Shown here: one piece after another, positions 42,110-50,944 of the stretch
Position numbering within the stretch: the first letter of the stretch is position 1
How the letters are laid out: each line of letters opens with the position of its first letter
Assembly (NCBI GenBank): GCA_020721645.1
Contig: DYMH01000005.1
Coordinates: 1-50,944, forward strand
Direction of reading: 5' to 3'
DNA from: Draconibacterium orientale
Lineage (GTDB): Bacteria; Bacteroidota; Bacteroidia; Bacteroidales; JAADGE01
Length of the DNA: 50,944 bases
Notes under the pieces: generated by a model
What the model saw: the letters and a program-made list of their open reading frames with translations, nothing else
What the model was told of the DNA's origin: nothing
Databases searched by the model: none
Translations under genes and position numbers: made by a program

Positions 42110-42577
42110 TTAAATTGTAAATCGATTGATATATTCCGAAAAATCTTTCAATTTTGGTCGATAATCGGTATCGAGCAGGGGCGAGGAAATTAAAAAATCT
42201 GCCGTAGAACGATTGCAGGCATTGGGCAAATTATAGAGAACTGCAATACGCAAAAGAGCTTTAACATCAACATCGTGAGGTTGTTGTGTCATCGGGTCCC
42301 AAAGAAAAATCATCAGGTCTATTTTTCCGTCGGCTATCATGGCACCCAGTTGTTGGTCTCCGCCTAGCGGTCCCGATTTCAGTTTGATGATGTTGTGTTT
42401 TATTGCTTCGCGGTCGTCGGCTTTTTGCAAAATGGCATCTTCAACCATTTTTCCGGTAGTTCCGGTGCAAACCAAACGATATTTAACCAAATTTTCCCAG
42501 TTCCACTCCACCCATTCCACCAAGTCTTTTTTTCGGGCATCGTGGGCTACCAGGGCTATTGTTTTCACTTTGTTCAT
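42110..42577 (-). CDS. mgsA: Methylglyoxal synthase
   Basis: IALVAHDARKKDLVEW... MgsA signature, 155 aa. Confidence 0.85.
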   Translation of the reverse strand: MNKVKTIALVAHDARKKDLVEWVEWNWENLVKYRLVCTGTTGKMVEDAILQKADDREAIKHNIIKLKSGPLGGDQQLGAMIADGKIDLMIFLWDPMTQQPHDVDVKALLRIAVLYNLPNACNRSTADFLISSPLLDTDYRPKLKDFSEYINRFTI

Positions 42578-42585
42578 TTGCTTTT

Positions 42586-43515
42586 TTATTTGTTTTCTTC
42601 TTTTTGAATCGCCCCGAAAATAATTCCGAATGGGTCGATAAATTTTTGAACTGCCTCAGCATTTTCAGAATCGCCGGCGGCAGCCGTTAAGCTGAGAACC
42701 GGAATTTTCGATTCGATGATAAGATTCTGTGCAAAAGCTCCAATATAATTGTCGCCTCTTTTTTCGTTATGAGTCATTAACAGAATACTGTCGGCTTGAA
42801 TTTCATAAGCATATTCCAAAACCACTTGGTACGGCGGTGTTTCCGTTTTGGGATATAATTTCGAGAAACATTCAATTTTATTTTCGACCAAAGTTTTCTG
42901 TGTTTCTTCCATTTTTTTGAATATTCTGCTTTTTTTGTGTTTAACTCCCGCAATCAAAGCCGAAACCAGATGGACGCTTGCATTATATTTTTTGGCTAAT
43001 GTTATAGCGTTTCGGATTTGAGTTGATGTTTCGCTGCTCAAATCCAAAGGCACGACAATTTTATTGAAAACGTGGCGATACGGATATTTCGTTACCAAAA
43101 CCGGGCAACTCGAATGGCTGATAATATGAGCCATATTTGAGCCTACCGAGCTGTTTTTTTCGCCGTTTTGGGTGTTGTCGCCGATAACAATAAATGCAGC
43201 ATTCAGTTCGAGAGCTTTGTTCTCGGTTTCTTCGTGCACCTTTCCGTGCACTACATGGGTTTTGCAGGGAATCCCTTTTTCTGTTTCAATTTTTTGTGCA
43301 AATTCCTTTAATTTATCTTCGGCAAAAGCCGATATTTTTTCAATATCCGACGATGAACGCATCATTTCACCGAAATAATCTAATTTGCGTATCACATATA
43401 AAAAATGAATTGTGCCCTGTGTTTCCTGTGCCAATTGAACAGCATATTCTGCCGCACGCATCGAAGATTCCTGAAAATCAACGGGGACCAAAATGTCTTT
43501 TAATTCCGGTTTCAT
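42586..43515 (-). CDS. Tandem universal stress protein (two UspA domains). Start trimmed to MKPELKDIL; the track ORF runs to 43602.
   Basis: Two Usp-like halves (ILVPVDFQESS..., IVVPLDLSSETS...) with ATP-binding-type G-rich motifs. Confidence 0.75.
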   Translation of the reverse strand: MKPELKDILVPVDFQESSMRAAEYAVQLAQETQGTIHFLYVIRKLDYFGEMMRSSSDIEKISAFAEDKLKEFAQKIETEKGIPCKTHVVHGKVHEETENKALELNAAFIVIGDNTQNGEKNSSVGSNMAHIISHSSCPVLVTKYPYRHVFNKIVVPLDLSSETSTQIRNAITLAKKYNASVHLVSALIAGVKHKKSRIFKKMEETQKTLVENKIECFSKLYPKTETPPYQVVLEYAYEIQADSILLMTHNEKRGDNYIGAFAQNLIIESKIPVLSLTAAAGDSENAEAVQKFIDPFGIIFGAIQKEENK

Positions 43516-43780
43516 ATTTTTTTTTTTAGTATCAAAAAAGTTCTTCAAATATTTTTTAAAGATATGAAACGTCCATGATTTTGGCAAATCAAAAAAGAGC
43601 ATGATGATATTAAGAAATCAAGCTAACGGAGCAAAGTCAATAGAATGTGGACTTCCATGTGGCAAAAATAAAATATAAACACATGAAATTTTTAAAGATT
43701 CTGTAAAATGATTTTTTCTTCTTTATGCTGATATTTTTACATGTTTATTTTCTATAGTGTTCGTTAAAAGTAAATTATAC

Positions 43781-43816
43781 TAAAAAAAAACGTCCGAAAA
43801 AATCGGACGTTTTTTC
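43781..43816. terminator. Bidirectional intrinsic terminator downstream of the C25 peptidase gene
   Basis: A-run, acgtccga-aaaaaa-tcggacgt hairpin, then a T-run. Confidence 0.7.
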
Positions 43817-43817
43817 T

Positions 43818-46163
43818 TTAAAGTTTAATCAATTGCTTTCTGTATGATTTGTCTCCGATTTTCAGTTTGAAAAAATAAATTCCGCCGTTCAACGATGATA
43901 AATCGATATTTTCGTTGTATCTGCCTGCCGGAAGTTCCGTGTCATTTATCATTTTTACTCTTCTGCCGAGAGCATCGAAAATTTCTGTTCTAACATGAGT
44001 ATTATTTTTTGTTTCGTAGGATAATGTTAGCAGATTATCAACAGGATTCGGGAAAATAGTGTAAGTGAATGCTTCCAAATTGTTCTCAATAGATGTTCCG
44101 GAAACAACTGTAAACTGATATTCGGTATTTAAAATGTTGTAACCGCTCACAATTAAAGTTGCACTTCCGGTTTGTACCAAATCATTGTCCAAATCAATCA
44201 AAACATTTCCGTCCAAATCTGTTACGGCTTCACCGATGAGAACGCCGTTTTGAAATACCGAGCACATATAATTAGAGGTATTCAGCCCGTTTATTTTTAC
44301 ATTCGCTGCAAAATCATCGTTAATGTTGAGTGTGCTGTTATAAGTCGCATTCACATTGTACGGATTGGCAATCCAAAGCGACAAAACCGGGTCGGCAAGT
44401 ACGTTGCAATCGTAGAAACACCAACGCATGGCACCTTCTTCCCACTGTCCGGGAGCTTCAACCCAAGGAGCAGTGTTTAATTTTGAAATGGCATGTGCTA
44501 AGCCGATATTTTCGATTTTTTGGTCGTACAAGGCATCAACAAATTCGCGTTGAATGTGTGCCGACGGTCCTTCGGTTTGACCTTCGTTAAACCAGCCGTA
44601 ACGTGAGTTCCCGATAAAACCGGCAAGAAAATTATCAATCTTCACCATTTCTTCACCTATGCAGTCATCATTGTCGAACGAGCCGCAAATACAGCCGTGT
44701 GTATAGACAAAAGTGTAATTATGCGTAGTTCCGTTTACCAAGTTGAAATTTTCATTGGTGATGTCCGAATTGCTCAAGCCCATAACGTAATCCCAATTTG
44801 CATGACCGCAATGATAAATAAACGGGTGTCCGGTGTTTATTTCGGTAATCAGTGTGCTTGGGGCGTAGTGGGACCAATTGCCGTCTCGTTCGTAAAGAGT
44901 TTCGTAAGGGTCGCTTGCCGGGATTCCTGTTGTGGTATATCCATTATCAGTATGGTTTCCGATAAGTAAATCCAAATAATCGGCACCCCAAGTTTCGGTG
45001 GCGCTGTGTAAAGACTCATCGACCAAAAGCGGATTGTTTAATTCGCCCAAAACCGGAGTTTGTTGATATTTCAAGGTTTTATTCAACATTTTATTCAATT
45101 CCGAAACACTTGAAAACGGCATTCTGCCCACTGCAATTTCGGGCAGCAAATCATCTTCATCGGCTTCGCCCCATAAATTGTCGCCATCATTGTTCCACGT
45201 TCCGTTTAAGGCTGAAAAGTAGTAATCGGAAGGGATATTATCATCTTCATAGATTGTTCCGCCCGAATTAACATGACCGTATAAACCCCGATACGGAACA
45301 ATTTCTACATCGCCTCCCAAAATCACAGATGAGATATTTTTAGTTTGATATTCCGAAATAATATAGTTTCTGAGCTTCTCGGCATTATCGGTTCCGCTGC
45401 TTTGGGCATAAATTTCCGGCATGCTTTTAACTTCTGATTTTAATCCTTTTTTTAGATAAAAATCGCTTAAAGACGAAAAGGAATTAACATAAGAACTTCC
45501 TGTAACAATCAGAATATCATATGTTTCGGTTTTTGAATCATTGACTTGATAGGTTTCGAGTAATTCCGAGTTTTGAACGAATTGTTCGAGTTTTTTGGTA
45601 ATAAAAGTTGATTTTTTTGCATTTCGACCAATTGCTTCGGATTTTGCATCGACAGAATATTCAATTTCGACAGTAATTTTTTTATAAAACGATGCTTTTT
45701 TATCTTTCGGATTGTAAACAAGGGGGGTAAAAGTTGATAAACAAATGGCATATCCATCGAGAAATTGAGTATCGAAATTGATTTCTTGTTTCGTTGGATA
45801 TTTTGTCGATTGCGAATAGGTTTGTCGATTCACAACAAACTCCGGCTTTCCGGTGTACGAAAGCGGACGGGTTGTTTGGCGAGGATATAAATTTATTTTG
45901 CCTTCGATTTCGGTCAGATTTTCGCCCCGAATAGATATTTTATCGGCTTTGGTTCCCTGAGGAAGCAACATTTTAACGGCAAAATACGGCAAAACCGGAT
46001 TCCCGACTTCGGCGGTTTGCAAACAATTGTCAAAGTCGATTATTTGATAGTTTCCCATTTGGGAAACCGAATATTTATCGAAAAAAAAGGTTTTTGATAT
46101 TTTTTGAGAAAAAGCAAATGTGCTCAAAAATAAAAATATCGAAGTAATAATAATTTTAGTCAT
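43818..46163 (-). CDS. Gingipain-like peptidase C25 family protein with type IX secretion C-terminal sorting domain. Start trimmed to the signal-peptide Met (MTKIIITSIFLFLSTFAFSQ).
   Basis: C25-like catalytic region (IYHCGHANWDY..., YTHGCICGSF). C-terminal about-80 aa matching the T9SS CTD pattern (...IFPNPVDNLLTLSYE...GIYFFKLKIGDKSYRKQLIKL). Confidence 0.75.
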   Translation of the reverse strand: MTKIIITSIFLFLSTFAFSQKISKTFFFDKYSVSQMGNYQIIDFDNCLQTAEVGNPVLPYFAVKMLLPQGTKADKISIRGENLTEIEGKINLYPRQTTRPLSYTGKPEFVVNRQTYSQSTKYPTKQEINFDTQFLDGYAICLSTFTPLVYNPKDKKASFYKKITVEIEYSVDAKSEAIGRNAKKSTFITKKLEQFVQNSELLETYQVNDSKTETYDILIVTGSSYVNSFSSLSDFYLKKGLKSEVKSMPEIYAQSSGTDNAEKLRNYIISEYQTKNISSVILGGDVEIVPYRGLYGHVNSGGTIYEDDNIPSDYYFSALNGTWNNDGDNLWGEADEDDLLPEIAVGRMPFSSVSELNKMLNKTLKYQQTPVLGELNNPLLVDESLHSATETWGADYLDLLIGNHTDNGYTTTGIPASDPYETLYERDGNWSHYAPSTLITEINTGHPFIYHCGHANWDYVMGLSNSDITNENFNLVNGTTHNYTFVYTHGCICGSFDNDDCIGEEMVKIDNFLAGFIGNSRYGWFNEGQTEGPSAHIQREFVDALYDQKIENIGLAHAISKLNTAPWVEAPGQWEEGAMRWCFYDCNVLADPVLSLWIANPYNVNATYNSTLNINDDFAANVKINGLNTSNYMCSVFQNGVLIGEAVTDLDGNVLIDLDNDLVQTGSATLIVSGYNILNTEYQFTVVSGTSIENNLEAFTYTIFPNPVDNLLTLSYETKNNTHVRTEIFDALGRRVKMINDTELPAGRYNENIDLSSLNGGIYFFKLKIGDKSYRKQLIKL

Positions 46164-46575
46164 AATATTTTTTTTAGTGGTTCGATAATATGTGAAAATA
46201 TGAAAATTAGAAAACAGGTAAAATGTTGAATTACAATAAATTAATAAATAATGCTTGTTTTTTATATTATTGATTATGTGATAAATATAGGTTTGTAACT
46301 TAGTAATTTTTAATTGGGTGAAAAGAAAAAAAGTCATGTTCTTTCTTTCTATACTTCGTTATATTTTTATATCTAACAGAATATTAGTAAATTACAGATA
46401 TTTTGTCTCGCAAAGACGCTAATTATTCAAGATCAACGTCTTTGCGTGCTTTGCAACTTAGCGAAAAAAAAAATGCCGAACTATTATGGTTCTTCGTCAT
46501 TTTATGTGGGTAAATTTTAAAGATAAGTATGTAATTATTTGAAATTATGGTGTTTAGAACTTATTTTTAAGAATA

Positions 46576-46714
46576 ACCTTAAATCCGCAAGTTCCGGCAG
46601 ATTTTCCAAGAATTATAAGAAAAAATCGAAATCTTTAAACACTTGAATAAGTGAAATCTGCCGGAAATTATTTGTTGAAATACAATAATATATAAAAACA
46701 CATGCGGATTTAAG
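46576..46714. repeat. 139-bp nested inverted-repeat (MITE-like) element
   Basis: Outer arms cttaaatccgcaag / catgcggatttaag. Inner arms ttccggcagattt / aaatctgccggaa (perfect 11-13 bp). Confidence 0.5.
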
Positions 46715-46915
46715 AAATAATATAAGATTTGATTATTTTATGGTACTTAACTAACAGACAATAAACATCTTATCTTTAAGGCATCTTCAATTTACGCACA
46801 CTTTTTGACGAAGAGCCTGATTTTCTTTAATTGGTAAATTTATTGCTGTGCTGACATCTTTTATATCAAATAGATAAACAATTGATAAAATGCAATATTA
46901 TTGTGCTTCGGATTT

Positions 46916-47066
46916 GTAACGAAATATCATGCTTATTTTAAAAACGGATTTGTTTTGATTGTATTTATTCGAGGCAAAGCCTCTTTTAAAATATTCGACT
47001 AAGGCAGAGCCTTAGCCGAACGATTCAGCAAAATCATTGCCAAATGAACAGTTTATTTCGTTGCAA
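46916..47066. repeat. MITE-like element, family 2, copy 2 (inverted orientation)
   Basis: Reverse complement nearly identical to 41218-41362, including the TIRs and the central hairpin. One 1-nt indel (gcaagcc vs gcaaagcc) and an about-18-nt insertion near one end. Confidence 0.75.
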
Positions 47067-47117
47067 TCACTTCGTATTTAAGCAAAGTAAAAATGATAAA
47101 AAAGTTGATTTGCAAAT

Positions 47118-47150
47118 ATACAAAAAGCACCGAAACTTCGATGCTTTTTT
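47118..47150. terminator. Bidirectional intrinsic terminator for the hydrogenase operon
   Basis: A-run, gcaccgaaa/cttcgatgc imperfect hairpin, then a 7-nt T-run. Confidence 0.55.
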
Positions 47151-47152
47151 TA

Positions 47153-47192
47153 ATTATCAATTATCAATTATCAATTATCAATTATCAATTAG
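47153..47192. repeat. Perfect heptanucleotide tandem repeat (aattatc)x5 plus a partial unit, in the hydA 3' UTR
   Basis: Direct reading. The units begin 2 bp after the terminator T-run and end at the hydA stop codon. Confidence 0.9.
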
Positions 47193-48976
47193 TACCGGTT
47201 TCGTTTTCGGTATTTTGTATGTAACAAGTGATGCGATTTTTCGCCGAGCGGGTTTCCAAGAAATTCTTCGTAAATCTGAGTAATTTCGGGGTTTTCGTGC
47301 GACATGCGGATTGGTTTTCCGGCATCTTCTTCGTAAATAGCTGCAATACGTTTCAAACGAATTTCGTTTGTTGTAGGAATCGGTTGTCCGCCGCCTCCGA
47401 TACAGCCGCCGGGGCAAGCCATGATTTCTATAAAATGATAGGGCGATTTTCCGGCAGCGATTTGGTCCATAATTGCACGTGCATTTGTTAATCCGTGGGC
47501 AATTGCGAAACGAGCTTCAACACCTTCCAAGAAACTGTATTCGGGCAAGCAATTTTCGAATTTAACGGTAGCTTCTTTCACACTTTCCATACCGCGAACG
47601 GGCAAAATGTTTAGGTCTTTGAACGGCACCGGGCGACCGGTGATTAGGAAATAAGCTGTTCTTAATGCAGCTTCCATAACACCGCCCGTAGCACCGAAAA
47701 TAACACCGGCACCTGTCGATTCACCCATGATGCTGTCAAAATTATCTTCGGGCAAATCCATAAAATTCAAACCGGATTGTTTAATCATGTGTCCCAATTC
47801 TCGGGTTGTCAGCCCGGCGTCAATATCTTGAAAACCGCTGTCTCGCATTTCGGGACGGTTTGCCTCAAATTTCTTTGCAGCACAAGGCATTCCTGCAACG
47901 CAAACAATTTTCGAAGGGTCGATTCCTTTCTTTTCGGCGAAATATGTTTTTGCCAAAGCACCAAACATTTGTTGCGGCGATTTACAGGTCGAGAGATGGT
48001 CTAAATGCTCCGGATACATGTGTTCAATAAATTTTACCCAGCCCGGTGAGCAAGATGTAATCATCGGAAGTGCAACTTTTTCTTTATCGACCAAAGCTTT
48101 TTTCAAGCGTGTCAATAATTCGGTTCCTTCTTCCATAATGGTTAAATCTGCCGTGAAATCGGTATCGAGAACGGCATCGAAGCCCATTTTTTTAAGAGCC
48201 GTTACCATTTGCCCCGTAACGCGTGTTCCGACAGGCAGTCCGAGGCTTTCGCCAAGTGCAACACGCACCGAAGGAGCTGTATTGACGACTACGTATTTGT
48301 CCGGATCATCGATTGCTTCCCAAATGTCGTCATAATATCTTCTTTCGGTCAATGCTCCTGTGGGGCAGTGTATGATACACTGTCCGCAGTTAGTACAAAC
48401 GATTTCGTTCATTGGTAAGTGCATAAACGTTGAGATTCTCATGTCTTTCCCTCGTTCGGTAACAGCCAATGCGTTCACATGTTGAATTTCGGCACAGGTT
48501 CGCACGCAACGTTGGCAACGAATACATTTGCTGTTGTCTTTTTCTACCGACCACGATGATTTATCCAAATCGGTGTCGCCTTTTTTCAAAACACTCAGGT
48601 AGATTTGATTATCTACATTATAGTCGGAAGATAGGGTTTGAAGCTCGCAATTTGTACTTCGATAGCAGGTTGTGCATTGAGTGTTGTGCTCCGAAACTAA
48701 AAGGGCGAGAATATCCTTTCGGGCTCTACGCACTTTGGGAGAAGATGTTAAAATTTTCATTCCCTTGTCGGCAGGTGTTGCACAAGAGGCAGTTAAAGTT
48801 TGTTTCCCGACTTGTTCCACAACGCAAACGCGACAGTTTCCGGCAACACATAAGTCTTCGTGATGACAAAGTGTCGGGATTTTGATGTTGATTTTTTTGG
48901 CGGCATCCAAGATAGAAGTTCCTTGTTCGACCGTTACGTCGATACCGTCGATATTTAAGGTGATATTATTTGCCAT
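47189..48976 (-). CDS. hydA: [FeFe]-hydrogenase catalytic subunit HydA (N-terminal 2Fe-2S and [4Fe-4S] domains plus H-cluster domain). Start trimmed to MANNITLNIDG.
   Basis: NuoG-like N-terminus (CHHEDLCVAGNCRVCVV), two ferredoxin-like CxxCxxCxxxCP motifs, and H-cluster motifs (TSCSPGW, MPCAAKK, EIMACPGGCIGGGGQP). Confidence 0.9.
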   Translation of the reverse strand: MANNITLNIDGIDVTVEQGTSILDAAKKINIKIPTLCHHEDLCVAGNCRVCVVEQVGKQTLTASCATPADKGMKILTSSPKVRRARKDILALLVSEHNTQCTTCYRSTNCELQTLSSDYNVDNQIYLSVLKKGDTDLDKSSWSVEKDNSKCIRCQRCVRTCAEIQHVNALAVTERGKDMRISTFMHLPMNEIVCTNCGQCIIHCPTGALTERRYYDDIWEAIDDPDKYVVVNTAPSVRVALGESLGLPVGTRVTGQMVTALKKMGFDAVLDTDFTADLTIMEEGTELLTRLKKALVDKEKVALPMITSCSPGWVKFIEHMYPEHLDHLSTCKSPQQMFGALAKTYFAEKKGIDPSKIVCVAGMPCAAKKFEANRPEMRDSGFQDIDAGLTTRELGHMIKQSGLNFMDLPEDNFDSIMGESTGAGVIFGATGGVMEAALRTAYFLITGRPVPFKDLNILPVRGMESVKEATVKFENCLPEYSFLEGVEARFAIAHGLTNARAIMDQIAAGKSPYHFIEIMACPGGCIGGGGQPIPTTNEIRLKRIAAIYEEDAGKPIRMSHENPEITQIYEEFLGNPLGEKSHHLLHTKYRKRNRY

Positions 48977-49089
48977 TTTATTAGTTTTTAGATATGAGAT
49001 TTGAGACACAAGACGCAAGATATGATTTCGGAAATTATTTAATTTTACAGTAATATTTCTAAAATCTAAAATCTTGATACTTTTGTCTG

Positions 49090-50253
49090 TTAATAAATCA
49101 TTTCTTCTCTGAAATTGTTCACAATAGAACTGAACGAATTCGTAACCGATTGACCTAAACCGCATTTCGATGTAATTCTCATTGTGTCGGCTAATTTGAG
49201 AAGTTGATTCAAATATTCGGGTGATTTTTTTCCTGTTTTCACGGCTTCAATTCCTTTGAGCAGTTGCTGGCAACCGATTCGACAAGGTGTGCATTGCCCG
49301 CATGATTCTTCGGCATAAAATTCCAAATAATTATGCAAAACGTTGTACATTGAACGCGTGCTGTTGAAAACCATTGTAGAGCTGCCCGTTGTATTTCCTT
49401 CGCCGATAACGGCAGATTTAAAATCTTTTCGCGGAATACAAAAACCTGCAACGCCTCCTACTTGTACTGCTTTTGTGTCGCCGTCGCCAAATTCCGCAAC
49501 AAAAGCTTCTAATGTCATACCCAATTCGAGTTCATGAACTCCTTCTTTTGGAGAATCGCCCGAAATGGAAAATAATTTTGAACCGTGTTGGTCGTCTGTG
49601 CCAAGCTTTCGATATTCATCGGCACCAATTCGACAAATCATATTGGCAGATGCGAAAGTTTCAACATTATTAACAACGGTTGGGTAGCCCAAATAGCCTT
49701 TTTGGATTGGAAATGGCGGCTTGTTCCTTGGCTCTCCGCGTTTGCCTTCCATTGATTCGATAAGTGCAGTTTCTTCGCCGCAAACATAAGCCCCGGCTCC
49801 CAAAAATATCGAAATATCGAAATTAAGTCCTATTTCTTTTGCATGTTGCTTGTATATATCCAACTCTTTTTCGAGTCCTTTTATCAAATATTTATACTCG
49901 CGACGCAAATAAATTACACCTTTTGTTGAGCCTGTAACCCAAGCACAAATTGCCATTCCGGAAATCACTTTACGCGGAACTTCGGTGAGTAATTTGCGGT
50001 CTTTGAATGTTCCGGGTTCGCCTTCATCGGCATTGCAAATTACGTATTTGATGTCGCCTTGTTGTTCTGCGGCAAATTTCCATTTTAATCCGGTCGGAAA
50101 ACCGGCACCGCCCCGTCCTCTGAGACCCGATTTCAAAATCTGGTCAATAACTTCGGCTTTATTATTTTTCTTATGATGTTCTTTTAAGACTTGATAAGGA
50201 GCCGTAGAGTATGGGCTGAATATAATATCTACTTTTTTTGCTTTATTTAACAT
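49090..50253 (-). CDS. hydB: NuoF-like NAD(P)H-binding FMN/[4Fe-4S] subunit of the hydrogenase (HydB/HndC-like). Start trimmed to the Met with a GGAGG RBS.
   Basis: GLRGRGGAGFPTGLKW FMN/NADH motif. C-terminal CGQCTPCR...C cluster. No extra ferredoxin domains. Confidence 0.85.
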   Translation of the reverse strand: MLNKAKKVDIIFSPYSTAPYQVLKEHHKKNNKAEVIDQILKSGLRGRGGAGFPTGLKWKFAAEQQGDIKYVICNADEGEPGTFKDRKLLTEVPRKVISGMAICAWVTGSTKGVIYLRREYKYLIKGLEKELDIYKQHAKEIGLNFDISIFLGAGAYVCGEETALIESMEGKRGEPRNKPPFPIQKGYLGYPTVVNNVETFASANMICRIGADEYRKLGTDDQHGSKLFSISGDSPKEGVHELELGMTLEAFVAEFGDGDTKAVQVGGVAGFCIPRKDFKSAVIGEGNTTGSSTMVFNSTRSMYNVLHNYLEFYAEESCGQCTPCRIGCQQLLKGIEAVKTGKKSPEYLNQLLKLADTMRITSKCGLGQSVTNSFSSIVNNFREEMIY

Positions 50254-50273
50254 GGTTTTTTCCTCCGAATTAA

Positions 50274-50744
50274 TTAGACTTTGTTTCTCAAAAGGTCGTT
50301 TAATATTTCGCGAACACTTGAAGGGGTTAATTTTGTGTAACACTCATCGTTGATAAGCATTGCAGGTCCTTCATCGCACAATCCCAAACAATTGGTTTCG
50401 AGCAATGAAAATCGTTTATTAGAAGAGTTTTCTCCTAATTTGATTTTCAGAACTTCTTCTGCGGTTTTAATGATTTCTTTTTTGCCCTTCATATCGCAAG
50501 TGATTGATTTACAAATGCGAATAACGTTTCGACCTCTTTCTTTGGTATCGAGGAATGAATAAAAAGAGGCGGTTCCGTAAACTTCGGCTGCCGAAATATC
50601 TAATTGGGCGGCAACTTCCAACATCGCTTCTTTGGTGAGAAAATGTTCTTTTTCGACAATGCCGTTCAAAATTGGAATCAAACTGTTGCGTTTGTTTCCA
50701 TGTTTGTCGAGCAATTCGTTGATTAATGCTTTAGTTTCTGTCAT
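50274..50744 (-). CDS. hydC: NuoE-like thioredoxin-fold [2Fe-2S] subunit of the hydrogenase (HydC/HndA-like)
   Basis: Conserved Cys pattern (C..C...C...C: ICKSITCDM..., CLGLCDEGP). Confidence 0.85.
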   Translation of the reverse strand: MTETKALINELLDKHGNKRNSLIPILNGIVEKEHFLTKEAMLEVAAQLDISAAEVYGTASFYSFLDTKERGRNVIRICKSITCDMKGKKEIIKTAEEVLKIKLGENSSNKRFSLLETNCLGLCDEGPAMLINDECYTKLTPSSVREILNDLLRNKV

Positions 50745-50944
50745 AAGTTTCTTAATTTATTTTGAATGTATGGTTTGATAGAACACGTTTGGGTTCTATC
50801 TTTTTTTGGTATCTCAAAACTAATCAACTTGAAAAGGTATACTAATGACTTTTATTAGAAGAAATAGTGATAAAAATCAGAAAAAATGTCTTATTTAGAG
50901 TCCGTCCATAAAGTCAACGTTTTTCGGGATTTTTATCCCGAAAG

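Noticed and set aside
47044-47283. 79-aa + strand ORF reading through the heptamer repeat (NYQLSIINYQLSI...)
   Set aside because: The translation is just the repeat decoded. It overlaps the hydA 3' end and the terminator.
42586-50343. Longer N-terminal extensions given by the ORF track for usp (to 43602), the C25 peptidase (to 46337), hydA (to 49165) and hydB (to 50343)
   Set aside because: The upstream in-frame stretches lack signal-peptide or domain logic and would overlap terminators or neighbouring genes. Internal Met codons coincide with a signal peptide (C25), the conserved N-terminus (hydA MANNITLNIDG), or a GGAGG RBS (hydB).

Overview
This window looks like a low-GC, anaerobic Bacteroidota chromosome segment, based on gene order, a T9SS C-terminal sorting domain and Bacteroidetes-style intrinsic terminators. 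The middle of the window is dominated by housekeeping genes, read directly from the translations, and the accessory genes are listed after them.

The core (about 11.9-28.9 kb) is the complete ribosomal-protein super-operon on the + strand. Its order is rpsL-rpsG-fusA-rpsJ-rplC-rplD-rplW-rplB-rpsS-rplV-rpsC-rplP-rpmC-rpsQ-rplN-rplX-rplE-rpsN-rpsH-rplF-rplR-rpsE-rpmD-rplO-secY-infA-rpmJ-rpsM-rpsK-rpsD-rpoA-rplQ. It ends in a clean intrinsic terminator. The 38-aa rpmJ is absent from the ORF track and was found by hand.

Flanking genes, in window order:
- An NfeD-like membrane protein plus a long flotillin (SPFH) protein, followed directly by a 1629-aa protein whose C-terminus is a MoxR/AAA_5-type ATPase.
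- A small Excalibur-motif lipoprotein.
- A divergently oriented EF-G paralog whose switch II lacks the catalytic His (DTPGAGDF) and whose G4 motif is NHLD.
- An NfnAB/SudBA-like FAD/Fe-S oxidoreductase pair.
- An APC-family amino-acid permease.
- A SiaABC-like partner-switching module: a periplasmic beta-propeller/Y_Y_Y sensor fused to a PP2C phosphatase, transcribed divergently from a GHKL-kinase-like protein and a DUF1987/SiaC-like protein. A secreted vWA-like protein and a small outer-membrane beta-barrel follow.
- Methylglyoxal synthase and a tandem-Usp protein.
- A gingipain-like C25 peptidase with a T9SS CTD.
- A trimeric [FeFe]-hydrogenase operon (nuoE-like, nuoF-like, hydA) on the - strand.

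The non-coding DNA is unusually structured:
- At least four families of roughly 140-bp MITE-like palindromic elements cluster at 41.1-42.1 kb and 46.5-47.1 kb.
- One about-145-bp family has inverted copies at 8.8 kb and 41.7 kb, bracketing the whole r-protein operon.
- A perfect 7-mer tandem repeat lies in the hydA 3' UTR.

No tRNA, rRNA or CRISPR array was seen.
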